Positions 51,226 through 64,000 of a stretch of DNA of 64,000 bases are shown here, piece after piece. A program made the translations under genes and the position numbers. This stretch comes from Phoronis australis (lineage: Eukaryota; Animalia; Phoronida): the NCBI GenBank assembly GCA_002633005.1, contig NMRA01000282.1, positions 163,858 to 227,857 on the forward strand, read 5' to 3'. The notes beneath the pieces were generated by a model. The model made no database searches, was not told the DNA's origin, and worked only from the letters and a program-made list of their open reading frames with translations. The stretch's first letter is position 1, and each line of letters opens with the position of its first letter.

Positions 51226-53416
51226 TATGTTTCTGTGGTGCTTTAAGCAATTGATGTATAGGATGTGCTTGTATTATGAAGATCACTCACATTTTGCCCC
51301 TAGCCTATTGAGGAGACAATGACCATGCCTTTCCATTTTGCAAAGTACAACATATTACATATATGCCCTCTACTGGCCACTTTATGGTACCAATAAACAA
51401 CCCTAGAAGGATACCGTATACGGTGCAATTGTGGGCGCATTTCAACGCTCTGCGTTGCTCTTGTTTAATTTGTCAGTTGACCAAAGACATCGTTCACTCA
51501 ATAAGTCTTGTTCAGGGTGCAGAACCGCTTGGCCTGTTAGTTGCTTGAAAAACGCCATATTACTGACGGAGATTGAACGTTCCCTTGGTACGGCACGACC
51601 GAACAGGTTTGGGAAGCTACAGTGAGAAACCAATAATGTGAAGGACGGTTTGAGAACAGCGGTAGACGCAGGGATATCCATGAGGTGACGGGTATGATCA
51701 CGTGGTTCGCTTGTAATTCATGGCCATAAGTCATGACGTCGTGCGTGTTTTTTTTTTGAGATTTCCCGAGATTCTCCTCTCTACGGATTAAATCATAGAT
51801 GGGCAAATTTGTGTCGTTGCAAGCACATTTGCTACGGCTAAAAACAAAGAGATTCAGTCACAACGCCATATCAATAGAGGTCAGGTAATTTAATTGCTAT
51901 CAGACCTTACGTAAGAGATTGCTCGTTTCACGTCGAGCACATCAAGCAATGTCAAACGAAAACACAAGAGTCACACGCGCAAAACATCAACGAAATAGAT
52001 TGGCCAGCGTGTTCACTAGACCTCAGCCCATTTTTCAATGCACGGGAAAATTGGCAGAGAAGTAGCACGACCCATTATCAACGACTTTAGCATATTCTTG
52101 GTTTTGAGTGGAATGCCATTCCCCAAGCCTACGTCAGAACTTTTTTCCATTGTACGAGATGTGCGTCATGCGTGCAAAGTGATGATGGGCCAAGCAAGTA
52201 CCGCTGGTACTAAAATAAAAAAGCTCTTTAATGAAAATATTATCAACTTCTTTTCAACTTCTTCTCATTCACCGCTTCCTTGCTATAACGCAATCTACAC
52301 AAGCGAAATTGCAGTTTTTAGTGCTTGGCCGAAGCGTTCATAAACCCGCGTTTCGTCTAGGAAGTGAATACTTGATTTAGACAACTTTTCGCTATAAAAT
52401 TGATCTTAATTTGCTCCCTGCTCGGCGGTCTAAATGAAAAGCTGATTTCCTTGATGCAAGCTGGTTTATTGGCTCTTGAACTCATTCGAACTCTCATAGT
52501 CCATTCATCTCTTAGCACAGCGGCTACAACTACGCTTATTCCATTAAATTGTGTTCGTAATGAAATAAAAGTAAAACAGGGATTTATTTATGAAACGTGA
52601 ATAATGTAAAGTTGTGTTACAGAATATGCAATATATTAGTAGTGTATTTCCCTTTTTTCGTCATTCTGTACATGCGTAAATGGACCATAAAAAGGTCTAT
52701 GGACTTTTATCTTATCACGGAAGTCCATAATACATCGTTTGTGACAGGCCTTTCGCTCACGAATCAAACGATCGTGATGTCGTTTCCGACAGAATTTAAT
52801 GTCCTCACAAACAACTAAAGGTGTTATCGATCGTTCATTGCATTTTGACAAAAACGAAACACAGCAAATAAAACAGTGCATTAACCGGAAAACTTGTCCC
52901 ATAGAAATATCAACGGTTTCCACATATTCTAATTTCTAAATGAAATTCCGTGTATCATGTGGCACCAGGGAAAAAAGAGTCACGATTCAAAGTCCTTCAT
53001 TAAGTTAACAAGAAAGAAATACTGTCTAGTAATGAATTTTTACCAGTTACCATGCTTGCTAAAACGCTAGCGCTTTCGCTAGCATCGGAAAAACGCCAAT
53101 AATGTGAACGGTCGCAAGGGTCACTTTTGCTGACGCTTTATTAGAAGTTTCAGTTGACCCCAGAATTACTGGCGTTTTCGCTAGCACTTTTGTGACCAGA
53201 CCGCTTTCTTCAAAAAACACACTGACACATTCGCAGCAGTAAGAGCCTTTGCCGATCTATCGTAACATCAAACAACTTATGGCACAATGCGAACGTGTTT
53301 TGAAGTCAATTTTTTCTTAAAAGGGACTCAGGTGGTGAGGAAACAAATTAACTGCTGGAGACGATAAGCCCTTCTCGGCAATTTGTCTGTCGGGCTAAAA
53401 CGCTAGCGTTAGCTTG

Positions 53417-53855
53417 CTATCGTTGGCCAAATGGGTGAACGTAACGCACGTAAATTAGGTGTTTAATGTAATTCTTGTTAGTGACGTGAATTAATTATTA
53501 TTAAGGGAGTAAACTTATTATTTGCGACGTGAATTAGCTTTTAACGGCATCAATCAATTATTTACGGCGCAAAGTAATTATTTGCCGCGTAACTTTATGG
53601 TTGACCAAGAGGGTGAACGTTACGCACGTAAATTAATTGCTTAAATAAACTTTATGTACGTCGCAAATAATCAATTTACGCCGTAAAGAATTAATCTACG
53701 CCGTTAAAAGTTAATTTGCGCCTCAAATAGTTAATTCACGCCGTTAAATAATTTACCCCGCAAATCACTAATTTACGCCGTTGATACGCCATTAACAAGA
53801 ATTAATATACGCACGTAATTTCCATGCTTTACGTTCACCCATTTGGCCGACGATA
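53417..53855. mobile_element. MITE with 28-bp inverted termini and internal AT-rich TTACG/CGTAA repeats
   Basis: ctatcgttggccaaatgggtgaacgtaa vs ttacgttcacccatttggccgacgatag. Confidence 0.8.
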
Positions 53856-54285
53856 GTTTTCGTTAGTGATGTCACGCGGCTGTTCCACTCTTTGTTACCG
53901 CCTTAAGCAAAGACTCTAATGACTAGTGTTTGAAGACAGGTACAAGATTGCCGAGGAATATGACGCAAATGAAATAGGAATTCCTGTCAACACGATGAAC
54001 TCCAGTGCAATCCAAACTGTAGTCTGTGGAAAATTTGATAATTTTGATGGACACTAATGAAGCACCCGAGAACGTAAATTTCCACAATTACATGTTATTT
54101 GCATGTTGCTGAATACTATCCCTACTACTTTGATTAGTAACAGGCATAGGAATCGGCAACGCAAGAGAAATTTTTGTATCTGTCTGGTTACCGGCCCTGC
54201 AAACGCTAGATGGCGACGCACCAACTCGTTTATTAGACTAGTTCCTACCGAGAGCTAGACTAAGCGGCTCGGATCTATTCGGGTT

Positions 54286-55350
54286 AAGGTTATCTCAAAC
54301 CTTATTTAGTGGCCTCCATACTAACTTGTATATCAAAAAAACTCAGCTGTGTCAACTAATAAAAGTATATATTTTCTGAAAAATAAGATCAGGGAATACA
54401 AAAATATGTTTTGTAATGATGTACCATTATTATTATTATTACATTTACAGCTTTTTAAGTCAAAAAAGATATTTTTGAGAAAGGTACATTCACAGCAAAA
54501 AAAAACCCTCGGTCGATTTTAATTAAACCATTTTTAATGAAAACTTCACCAGTTACCTCAAAAACGCTGTTAGGAATTTTCGATTGGTCTTTTCATTTGG
54601 TTTCTATGGCAAAAATCAACTCGCAAAACGTAAGATGTTTTTGTAAAAAATTGAAGTCGTCTTTGTCTTTATTACATTACGCAAAAACTAGGCCTTTATA
54701 TCAAAAATGCTACAAGCGGTTTTAAGACTGATGGAAAAATATTAAGTTTGGAAAGTTTCATCGAAATCCACCAAGCTGTTTTCAAGAACTCGTGTTCCTA
54801 AGTTCAAATAAAAAGCATATCGTTACCTTGAGATCAAAACAGTGAAATGTCAATTTATCCATTGAATTAAGGAATTTGGGTGAGGATATATCTTTTTTCA
54901 CAACTTACTGTGTTCATGACCACAGAGGCTTAAGGCGACTCGTAGCATTCTTTCTCAGCGACAACGGTCGTATGCATGTAGACGCACAACTCCCTCAGGA
55001 TCAAAACTACTTTTGTCTTTGTTTTCAACGGCACACTTCTATCATAAGTACACCTCGTTGACACAATATTATGTCGACTCGGTGAATGAAAGGACCGAGG
55101 ATACATGCGAAGCTGCTCTGTACCTGGCGGAAGATTCGATTTCAGGGACAGCCCTGTAACCTTTGACCTTGGATAAGAAGTAGACAAATATCTACGCGGT
55201 TCCAAGGTGGTTCTGCTAAATCTTTTTTCTCGCTACACGGTTTACACTTTGTGTTTGAAGTTCCCCGAAAATGAAGATAAGGTATTTTGCTAGACACGTG
55301 AAATATTGTAAAAATGGCCAATTTTTATGAATAAGGTTTGAGATAACCCC
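54286..55350. mobile_element. About 1.06-kb non-autonomous DNA transposon
   Basis: Inverted termini ggttatctcaaaccttatt / aataaggtttgagataacc; the left end abuts TTAA. Confidence 0.65.
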
Positions 55351-55462
55351 CATCACAATAATTGTCTTTTACATTTAATTCCATGATAATGTTCGCTGGC
55401 TAACGGCAACAAGTTTACAACCTCATTGTCCGCGTATGCTGCGCAGGTGTCAGCTTGTAATA

Positions 55463-56064
55463 AATCTCGCTGGCTACCTGCGTACCGGTAGGTGATAACC
55501 AGCACGCAGGTGTCACTTAATTTTATTCGGAATTTTTTTACACCGGCGTTTCTGATTGGCTGGCCGAATTCTCAACAGGCAGCGCTTTAGGCAAACAAAC
55601 TGGCATGATTGATGGAGCAAATGTAAATGTGGTTTGTTGTACAGACAAATCGGTGCTTAAAATTCATGTTCAAGAAATGTGAATATCAGAAAATTGTGGT
55701 TGCGCCTTTTCGGAGTGCATCTTTCTACTGTTGCTGATTGTTGTTTACGTTGCTGTCCTGTATTTATACAGTATGAATAACACACTTGTTAAATCGGCCT
55801 GGTGATGGCGTGTTTATTGTGCCGCATGTATGCGCTTTAAGCACGCTGCTAGTAAACATTAGGCCTAATGCAGAAATGAAATAGTTGCTGCTACGCTACT
55901 TGCATGACAAGTCTAAAAATCGTTCATCGTCCGCCATTTTCTCTCTTTGTTGTAAACTAACCAATCACTGTCGAGGTTACATCAACCAATGATAAAGCGA
56001 GTGCTACTTCCTGCTACCTGCGTCCTGGCTACCACCTAGCGGCACACAGGGAACCAGCGAGGTA
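55463..56064. mobile_element. MITE with about 45-bp imperfect inverted termini; related short palindromic relic at about 30665-30755
   Basis: ctcgctggctacctgcgtaccggtaggtgataaccagcacgcaggt vs acctgcgtcctggctaccacctagcggcacacagggaaccagcgag. Confidence 0.65.
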
Positions 56065-56307
56065 ATAAATAAGCAGTACTGATGCGACACCTATCAGTTT
56101 AGTCAACTTACGTGTCTCTCCAAATAAGGAAGTCAAAAAAGTCAAAGACTTGTCCGTATTTTCGGCTTGCACAAAGCCGACTGTGTGCTGGTAGCTGGAA
56201 CAATGCTCACTTGTTTTTAGGCCGGAAAATTCGATCGATTCTACAACATGTTGTGTTCCAGTGGCGTGCTGGATTAGTGATATTGGCGAGATTAAACAGG
56301 ATCAATA

Positions 56308-57200
56308 TTGGAATGGGAGTGGTTCAGCTATTTTAAGAATCTGTTTAGTTCTCAACGAGAAGAGAGAAGTAGAACATTTTCTGAGGCCGTGACCCAAACA
56401 TTGTGCGACCATGACGCTCAATGCGAGAAATGTGCCAGCGATACTCTTTACAACGACCTTCATATCTTCAATGACAGTATCATCGAAAATGATATTATAC
56501 AAATCATCCAATCGCTCAAAAATAGTACATCGCCGGGGGAGGACGGTATACCAAACGAATTTTTCAAATCATCCGTCGAAAGTCTAACTACAGTATTGCA
56601 CAACCTATTTACATGCAACAGAATTTTCAACACCGGAACTTTTCCTGAAGTTTGGTCCAAGAGTATTATCATACCGCTACACAAAAAATGTAGACAAGAG
56701 TAACCCAAAAACTACTGAGGAATATCTTTACTTGACAGTATAATTTAAGTATTTACACCCATTCTCGACAAGAGGCTAATTGAATGGGCGAACGTCGCTA
56801 AATGCATCCCAGAGGAACAAGTCGGTTTTCGTGCAGGATATTCTACAATAGACAACATTTTTACACTACAAAGTTTGATCCAGAAATAACAAAACGACAA
56901 GGAAAATTTATTGTGCATATGTTATAGTCGCCAAGGCATTTGGGATTTCCGGTCTTGTTTATGTGTTACTTGCGAAAGGTATACATGGGGAATGTATAAA
57001 ATATTCACATCATTTACCACATTTTGAGTATTGTTTTAAAATTTGCAGTCACACCACTCTGTGTTTTGCATTCTAAGCCCGAGGAGATTCTTTATGTTTG
57101 TAACTGGTCTAGTCTCTGATTTAAGAGAGCGTGGTGGCAGAGGAATCTATGTTGATACTGATCGTGAGATTAACTGCCTACTTTTGCGGATGATCTCGTG
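56308..57200 (+). mobile_element. Decayed non-LTR retrotransposon (LINE) reverse transcriptase fragment, copy 1
   Basis: SPGEDGIPNEFFK, FPEVWSKSIIIPLHKK, EEQVGFRAGYSTIDNIFTL and the FADD region, with stops and frameshifts. Confidence 0.92.
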
Positions 57201-58394
57201 NAGCCACGAGGTGGTATCAACTGTTACTGTTGTTTGACCTACTTAAAAGTAGGTCACACCTCATTGTTACTATTATACACATAGTCTGTACAAGTCACGT
57301 GCCGGGAGACTGATACGAAACCAAGTAAGAAACGGATAACAAAAATGGAGCCTGTGGTAAAAGCATATCTTTACCTTGAGATCAAAACAGTGAAATGTCA
57401 ATTTATCCATTGAATTAAGGAATTTGGGTGAGGATATATCTTTTTTCACAACTTACTGTGTTCATGAACACAGAGGCTTAAGGCGACTCGTAGCATTCTT
57501 TCTCAACGACAACGGTCGTATGCATGTAGACGCACAACTCCTTCAGGATCAAAACTACTTTTGTCTTTGTTTTCAACGGCACCCTTCTATCACAAGTACA
57601 CCTCGTTGACACAATATTATGTCGACTCGGTGAATGAAAGGACCGAGGATACATGCGAATTAGCTGCTCTGTACCTGGCGGAAGATTCGATTTGAGGGAC
57701 AGCCCTGTAACCTTTGACCTTGGATAAGAAGTAGACAAATATCTACGGGGTTCCAAGGTGGTTCTGCTAAATCTTTTTTCTCGCTACACGTTTATATTTT
57801 GTGTTTGAAGTTCCCCGAAAATGAAGATAAGGTATTTTGCTAGACACGTGAAATATTGTAAAAATGGCCAATTTTTATGAATAAGGTTTGAGATAACCCC
57901 CATCACAATAATTGTCTTTTACTTTTAATTCCATGATAATGTCCGCTGGCTAACGGCAACAAGTTTACAACCTCATTGTCCGCTACTTGCATGACAAGTC
58001 TAAAAATCGTTCATCGTCCGCCATTTTCTCTCTTTGTTGTAAACTAACCAATCACTGTCGAGGTTACATCAACCAATGATAAAGCGAGTGCTACTTTCTG
58101 CTACCTGCGTCCTGGCTACCACCTAGCGGCACACAGGGAACCAGCGAGGTAATAAATAAGCAGTACTGATGCGACACCTATCAGTTTAGTCAACTTACGT
58201 GTCTCTCCAAATAAGGAAGTCAAAACAGTCAAAGACTTGTCCGTATTTTCGGCTTGCACAAAGTCGACTGTGTGCTGGTAGCTGGAACAATGCTCACTTG
58301 TTTTTAGGCCGGAAAATTCGATCGATTCTACAACATGTTGTGTTCCAGTGGCGTGCTGGATTAGTGGTATTGGCGAGATTAAACAGGATCAATA

Positions 58395-61150
58395 TTGGAA
58401 TGGGAGTGGTTCAGCTATTTTAAGAATCTGTTTAGTTCTCAACGAGAAGAGAGAAGTAGAACATTTTCTGAGGCCGTGACCCAAACATTGTGCGACCATG
58501 ACGCTCAATGCGAGAAATGTGCCAGCGATACTCTTTACAACGACCTTCATATCTTCAATGACAGTATCATCGAAAATGATATTATACAAATCATCCAATC
58601 GCTCAAAAATAATACATCGCCGGGGGAGGACGGTATACCAAACGAATTTTTCAAATCATCCGTCGAAAGTCTAACTACAGTATTGCACAACCTATTTACA
58701 TGCAACTGAATTTTCAACACCGGAACTTTTCCTGAAGTTTGGTCCAAGAGTATTATCATACCGCTACACAAAAAATGTAGACAAGAGTAACCCAAAAACT
58801 ACTGAGGAATATCTTTACTTGACAGTATAATTTAAGTATTTACACCCATTCTCGACAAGAGGCTAATTGAATGGGCGAACGTCGCTAAATGCATCCCAGA
58901 GGAACAAGTCGGTTTTCGTGCAGGATATTCTACAATAGACAACATTTTTACACTACAAAGTTTGATCCAGAAATAACAAAACGACAAGGAAAATTTATTG
59001 TGCATATGTTATAGTCGCCAAGGCATTTGGGATTTCCGGTCTTGTTTATGTGTTACTTGCGAAAGGTATACATGGGGAATGTATAAAATATTCACATCAT
59101 TTACCACATTTTGAGTATTGTTTTAAAATTTGCAGTCACACCACTCTGTGTTTTGCATTCTAAGCCCGAGGAGATTCTTTATGTTTGTAACTGGTCTAGT
59201 CTCTGATTTAAGAGAGCGTGGTGGCAGAGGAATCTATGTTGATACTGATCGTGAGATTAACTGCCTACTTTTGCGGATGATCTCGTGTTGATAAGATACA
59301 TTGTAATTGACCTATCGCCAGGATTTTGAGTTACGGCTGAACTGATCATTTAGAACGCAGCATTATTGGCACACCTTCGTTTCCAAGCCGCCATTTTACC
59401 CGACAAACAACATGTTGCTGGGTAAAACTTATTGTTTGTTTTCGACATTATGCAAAGGGGCGGAGCTTGCGATAGGTCAATTGAGCTGCGACGGAAACTT
59501 AACGTGCTTGGAGAATTTCATAAAAGCTGGCATCTTACACTGAATCTAGAAAAAAAATAATGTTATTACTTACAAGCGTGGTGGTGCGGTCTGTTCTCAC
59601 GAGAAATGGTACTTTGGTGATAAATTAGTTGAAACCAATCCGTATTATAAGTACCTAGGGGTTACATTCTCTTGTCATTTCAAATGGAGTCAAGAATGCA
59701 AAGTTCTTGCTGTACAGGCTCGAAAAGCTTAGAATTTGATAAAGGTCGCTTTATCAAAATTTGACTGCTTCTCACTGGCAGTCCTTTTTAAGCTGTTTGA
59801 TAGGGTTATTCTACTGATATTAAGCTATGATGCAGAAGTTTGGGGAGTCTCAATTGTTAATTTCATAGAAAGTGTTCATAACGATTCGTGAAAGTATGGC
59901 TTACGACTAAACAAAAGACGATAAATCCCATGGCTAGGGGCGTGTGCTGTAGATAAATGATTACTATTTTTTAAGCCTATTGTTTACTGAACAAGGCTGC
60001 TTCAGATTAAGCCTTATATCCCTCTGCATATATTGTTACAGTATGTTATGGCAACAACGTGAAGACGGTGGCAGACACAACTGGGCATATTCTGTAGAAA
60101 TGCTACTGTACACTGTTTAGAGAGGTATGGCTATATTGACCGGGTGACGTAGACTTATTCCTTTCAGAATTTCGTTAGAGATTAATTGACTGTGACAAAT
60201 TTGGCACTCTGTAATTAACGCTTTGACTAAATATCAATTCTTTTGTACTATTAAAATGGAACTACAGTGAGGAAAGTACCTGTACGTTTTAGACCCTTAC
60301 TTGAGGAAAATACTTGCTCGTTGTAGGTGCTCGATCCACAAGCTTTACATTGAAACGGGGCTGGTACGCAGGTCTAACCGAGGATGCGATGTATTGGTTA
60401 GTTTGTCCTTGGCGATTGTGGAATGTTTCCACTTTTTTGTGAAATACTTTGTGAGGTGTATCAAATACTGGCTTAAATTAATATGAATGCCAAGAACAAG
60501 GTATTGCACAGCTGTCTATGGCATGTTGTTTGACCTGTGCGAGAAGGCATACTTGGGCTACCTCTGTTAGATTATTGTTATGTAGGTATGGTTTTGGTCT
60601 GGTGTGGCTGCAACACCGTGTCGAGTGTGAGGGATTGTTTTTGATAACTCTTGAACAGAGGTTCAAAGACTTATTTACAGGAGTGGGACAACATTAAGTT
60701 GAACAGCCCTAAACTCGAAACTTATGATTTAATCAAAAACGATTTTACTCTAATCATAAGTTGAACTTAGAGACCAGTCGTCATCATGGTGTTGACCGTC
60801 ATCTCAGATATTGTCCTTTTTATTCACGTAATACCATTGAGAATGAATATCATTTTATCTGTGTTTGTACCATTTAAGAACATTTATTTTTCCTGTGTGA
60901 GCGTGGCGTGATCCAAATATACTTGAATTAAAGAAACTTGTAACCAATATACGTTAGTAGGTTAATCAAGCTGGGTAAGTTTGTGTATCACGCTACGTTC
61001 ACAAAGACAAAGCTCTTAAAAGAATGTCCTTAATTAATTTTTTCAGTGTATTTAATTTCGATATTGTGTACTCCGCGTATGTAAATATGTATATATGTTC
61101 AACTGTGCTGTTGGCCTATGGCCTATGAGCGCATCAACAAAGTTATTTGA
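58395..61150 (+). mobile_element. 5'-truncated decayed LINE (RTEX/Daphne-like), RT through C-terminal zinc finger and 3' end
   Basis: Same RT motifs as copy 1, then FADDLVL (about 59270), YKYLGV (about 59646), YxAEVWG (about 59826), HKLYIETG (about 60337) and ENEYHFICVC (about 60839). The clade assignment is tentative. Confidence 0.88.
59309..59478. mobile_element. 170-bp MITE inserted into the LINE RT
   Basis: GACCTATCGC / GCGATAGGTC termini flanked by AATT on both sides. Confidence 0.75.
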
Positions 61151-63279
61151 AGAGCTGAAATGTCATCAGGGCCCTCTAGGCTGGTGGTGTATAAAAATGA
61201 CCTCCTTAGTTTAATGGCGCTTAACTGCATTTTTATGCAATTACAGAAGAAACAAATCAATGCAATTTATATGTTGATATTTTAGCTGTTTCTTTAAATT
61301 GGTTGGGCTAATCTCTGCGTCTCTGAACTGGAAACGAAAGAGCATCTTCTATACAGGGTATTGTTTTTTTGGGCGGGAACAACCCCGGCAGTCAAACTAT
61401 CCCTCACCACAAGTCAATGTTTCCATGACATTTCCGCATAGTTCGGAAAATCGGGTTTAAATAGCCTCGTGTGCTTGTAAATCTAAACCAATGTTTTTAC
61501 AACAGTGGGTAATTTTTAGTGCCTTGAAATTCGATGTTTACAAATAGATGGCGGAGCCAACAATGACCTTTCGAATCAAATCTAACTTGCCAACACCAAG
61601 TAGAACATAATCTTAATTTCCGAAAAATACAGATTTGCTGCAGAAACTGATTTTGTGCACATGAACGCAACCAGCCTAACATATAGGAAGACTCGAATTT
61701 TTGAGAATGTGGACCTCTTACTAAAAAAATAAAAAACGGGATTCGTTCAGAGCTATGATTTGTGCATTCGCCGAATTCCTGTCTTTTCAATGGACTTTAG
61801 TCTAGTTTCCTCGGTCTTTTTGTTTCTCTGAGGCTGACCTTTTTGCTCACTTCGCCAAATGGGGGGTGCGCTCATGGTGCATAAATTTGTTTTGCAACTC
61901 TCGTCATTTTATAGCAACGTCGTGAAGGCAAGTGCCGTTAACTCACCAATCATCAAGCATGAAGACAGAAAAACTGAATTGGCTATATACAAATGTTAAA
62001 CTTGGTAGTGCTAGCGATTCGTAGAACAAGTTTCTTGCGATAAAAGCAAGACATCACAATGTCACGCGAGTACTGATAGTCGTTACCACAATATTGAGAT
62101 TTTTCAAGCTTTGGGGTTATATGTGATGGTGTGTGTTTTTCATTGCCCGTCATAGCTCGTGATACTTACTACCGTTGTTCGTGTTTTATTTACAACCAGA
62201 CCAGGTAGGCCTACATATGACAGAGAGACATGGAAATGATATGGTTTCGTTCCTTGCCGAGTGGAGATGACAGGTGCATTTTGAGTTTACCAGCCAGCTG
62301 TGCGAAGACTAGCTTTGTATCGAGGCTACTGTTGGGAAAGAGCGTAGAAAAAGAATATTTATAAAATTTCTATCTCTGTCCAAAAGTTTTCCATAACGCG
62401 TGCTACGGGCTCGAAGACGACAAAAATATGCATTCAGAAGCACAACAGGTGAAATGTGAACAATGTTAAGAAATGTCAACAAGTGTTCGGTTGCCAAACC
62501 ACTTCCATAGCCATGCGCTAATTAAAAAGTGGGCCCACACTCGTTGCCGCTGCTCTAGCTAAGTGTCAGAAACGTTAAAGACTATTTCTGTATTTGGACT
62601 CGGAGAGTAAAATGTCTCGTCCCGATTCCTAGGGCCTCAGTATGTGAAGTAATCAATAAACCCATCCTGTTGTACTGACTAGATCAAAGACACACGGGTC
62701 TCAGTGACTTATAACCATATAAGAAGTAATTATGTTTTATGCTAGTATTACTCAGTGTTGATTCCAGTGATGGATACGAGGAACAGATGGAGTCAAGCGC
62801 CTGTGGGCTACATCTGAACGGCCATCTTTTGTCCCTAACGCCTCTCGTAAAGTTGATGTCTTCCATAGAAGATTGTGAAATAAGACGCTGTTTCTCTGTA
62901 CGTCGTTATTGGATCGCTGTTTCCGTGAAAGAAAAACTGGAAACTGTAGAAATGAGTGTTGAAAGCGGTGACTTCTCTGTATCTGGGCGTCAGTTTGTTG
63001 CAATACCGTTCATTTGTCATAATGCTTATTGATTTTGAGAAACGCGTCTTGCTACTGCTTACGCATAATGCAGTAGGCCTACTGATAATGGTATTTGATA
63101 GTACATTCGTACGCTTCATTCCCGGATATCAGTTTTAAAGGACCAGGGGACAAAAAATATATATTTTACACCCATTTAGATCACCCTGATGCATTCCATT
63201 TAGGCCTACCTGGCAATAGACGCCAGGCGAAAATTAGACCTTATTTTGTCAGCAGAGTGTTGCAAAGTTCACATTAGGT

Positions 63280-63801
63280 TATGTTCGGAAAAAGATTTTC
63301 GAAAACTGGACATTTTCTTTGCGTTTTCAAAACGATTTTAAGAATACAGTAACATGATCGTTATCGACGTCAACGGCGAAAAGTTGTGTCTTGCCTGTCC
63401 ACACAGTTACGCTAATGCGGGAGTCAATGCAACATTTGCGTGACGACAGCGTTTTCGAGGAAAAAGTTGCGTTTTCGCTGTCCAACCAGGTAGGCCTTCA
63501 CAGAAAAAAGTGGATTACAAAACCTAGCAATTTTCGCCTGCCCATACCAACGAATACACTGTATATACCGTTTTTCAAAAAAATCGTTTTGTGTAAAACC
63601 TTTTTTCATAACTTTGCGTCGGTTATGGAATTCAGTGGATACGTGTGGACAGAACACATAATCGTAAAGTCTCCAAATGCATATTTTTCGAAAGACTTCG
63701 TTTTTAGCTTCCGTTGTGGCTGCCTGTTAGCAGTATCCGTTTTGGCAACGAAACAATTATGCACTTTTTATTGAAAGCGCGTTTTCTGTAAACGGGGTCT
63801 A
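63280..63801. mobile_element. Harbinger-like MITE remnant
   Basis: Right end ctgtaaacggggtcta with internal tccacac / gtggac and gcgttttc repeats; left end uncertain. Confidence 0.4.
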
Positions 63802-64000
63802 ACTAACCCTGTGTGTAACAAGTTCAGAAAACTGACAACTTGACTGTCGAGTTCATCAGTGCGTATTCAAGAGTCCCTTCGGGTTAGAGAACGGCTGCGT
63901 AACTCTGATCTGATTTGAAGTGACGATTAAGTATTACCAGTCTGCAAGATAATAATACCTACCAGCCTCGCAAAAAAGAACACAAATCAGTTTGTGTGAC

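Noticed and set aside
50699-51286. Long ORFs of 195 and 179 aa
   Set aside because: Artifacts of the n gap.
62684-63138. Cluster of overlapping ORFs on both strands
   Set aside because: No recognisable domain, the best minus-strand frame contains a stop, and no consistent splice structure was found.

Overview
Eukaryotic (animal, probably marine invertebrate) genomic DNA from a draft assembly; it is intron-rich and repeat-rich and not prokaryotic. Two spliced genes could be rebuilt by hand on the minus strand with GT-AG boundaries and consistent reading phase. (1) A transglutaminase with 12 coding exons visible from 24096 to the left edge (about 573 aa in the window, continuing past position 1), an intact Cys/His/Asp triad and an MG-/polybasic N-terminus. 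(2) A four-exon, 195-aa calmodulin/troponin-C-like EF-hand protein at 44190-34620. Two passengers sit in transglutaminase introns. The first is a 4-kb TTAA-flanked Kolobok-type DNA transposon (2883-6867) with about 280-bp inverted repeats, a THAP/transposase remnant and an internal array of about 25 units of about 108 bp, each carrying a CTCF-like motif. The second is an antisense ORF (15005-15751, possibly spliced to 13217-13310) that looks like a secreted prohormone ending in a CRH/DH44/ELH-like peptide. The rest is MITEs, SINE-like and Helentron-like fragments, a decayed LINE, a (CG)n/(TG)n tract, one assembly gap and two probable false duplications at single-n joins. All family assignments come from remembered motifs; no database searches were run.
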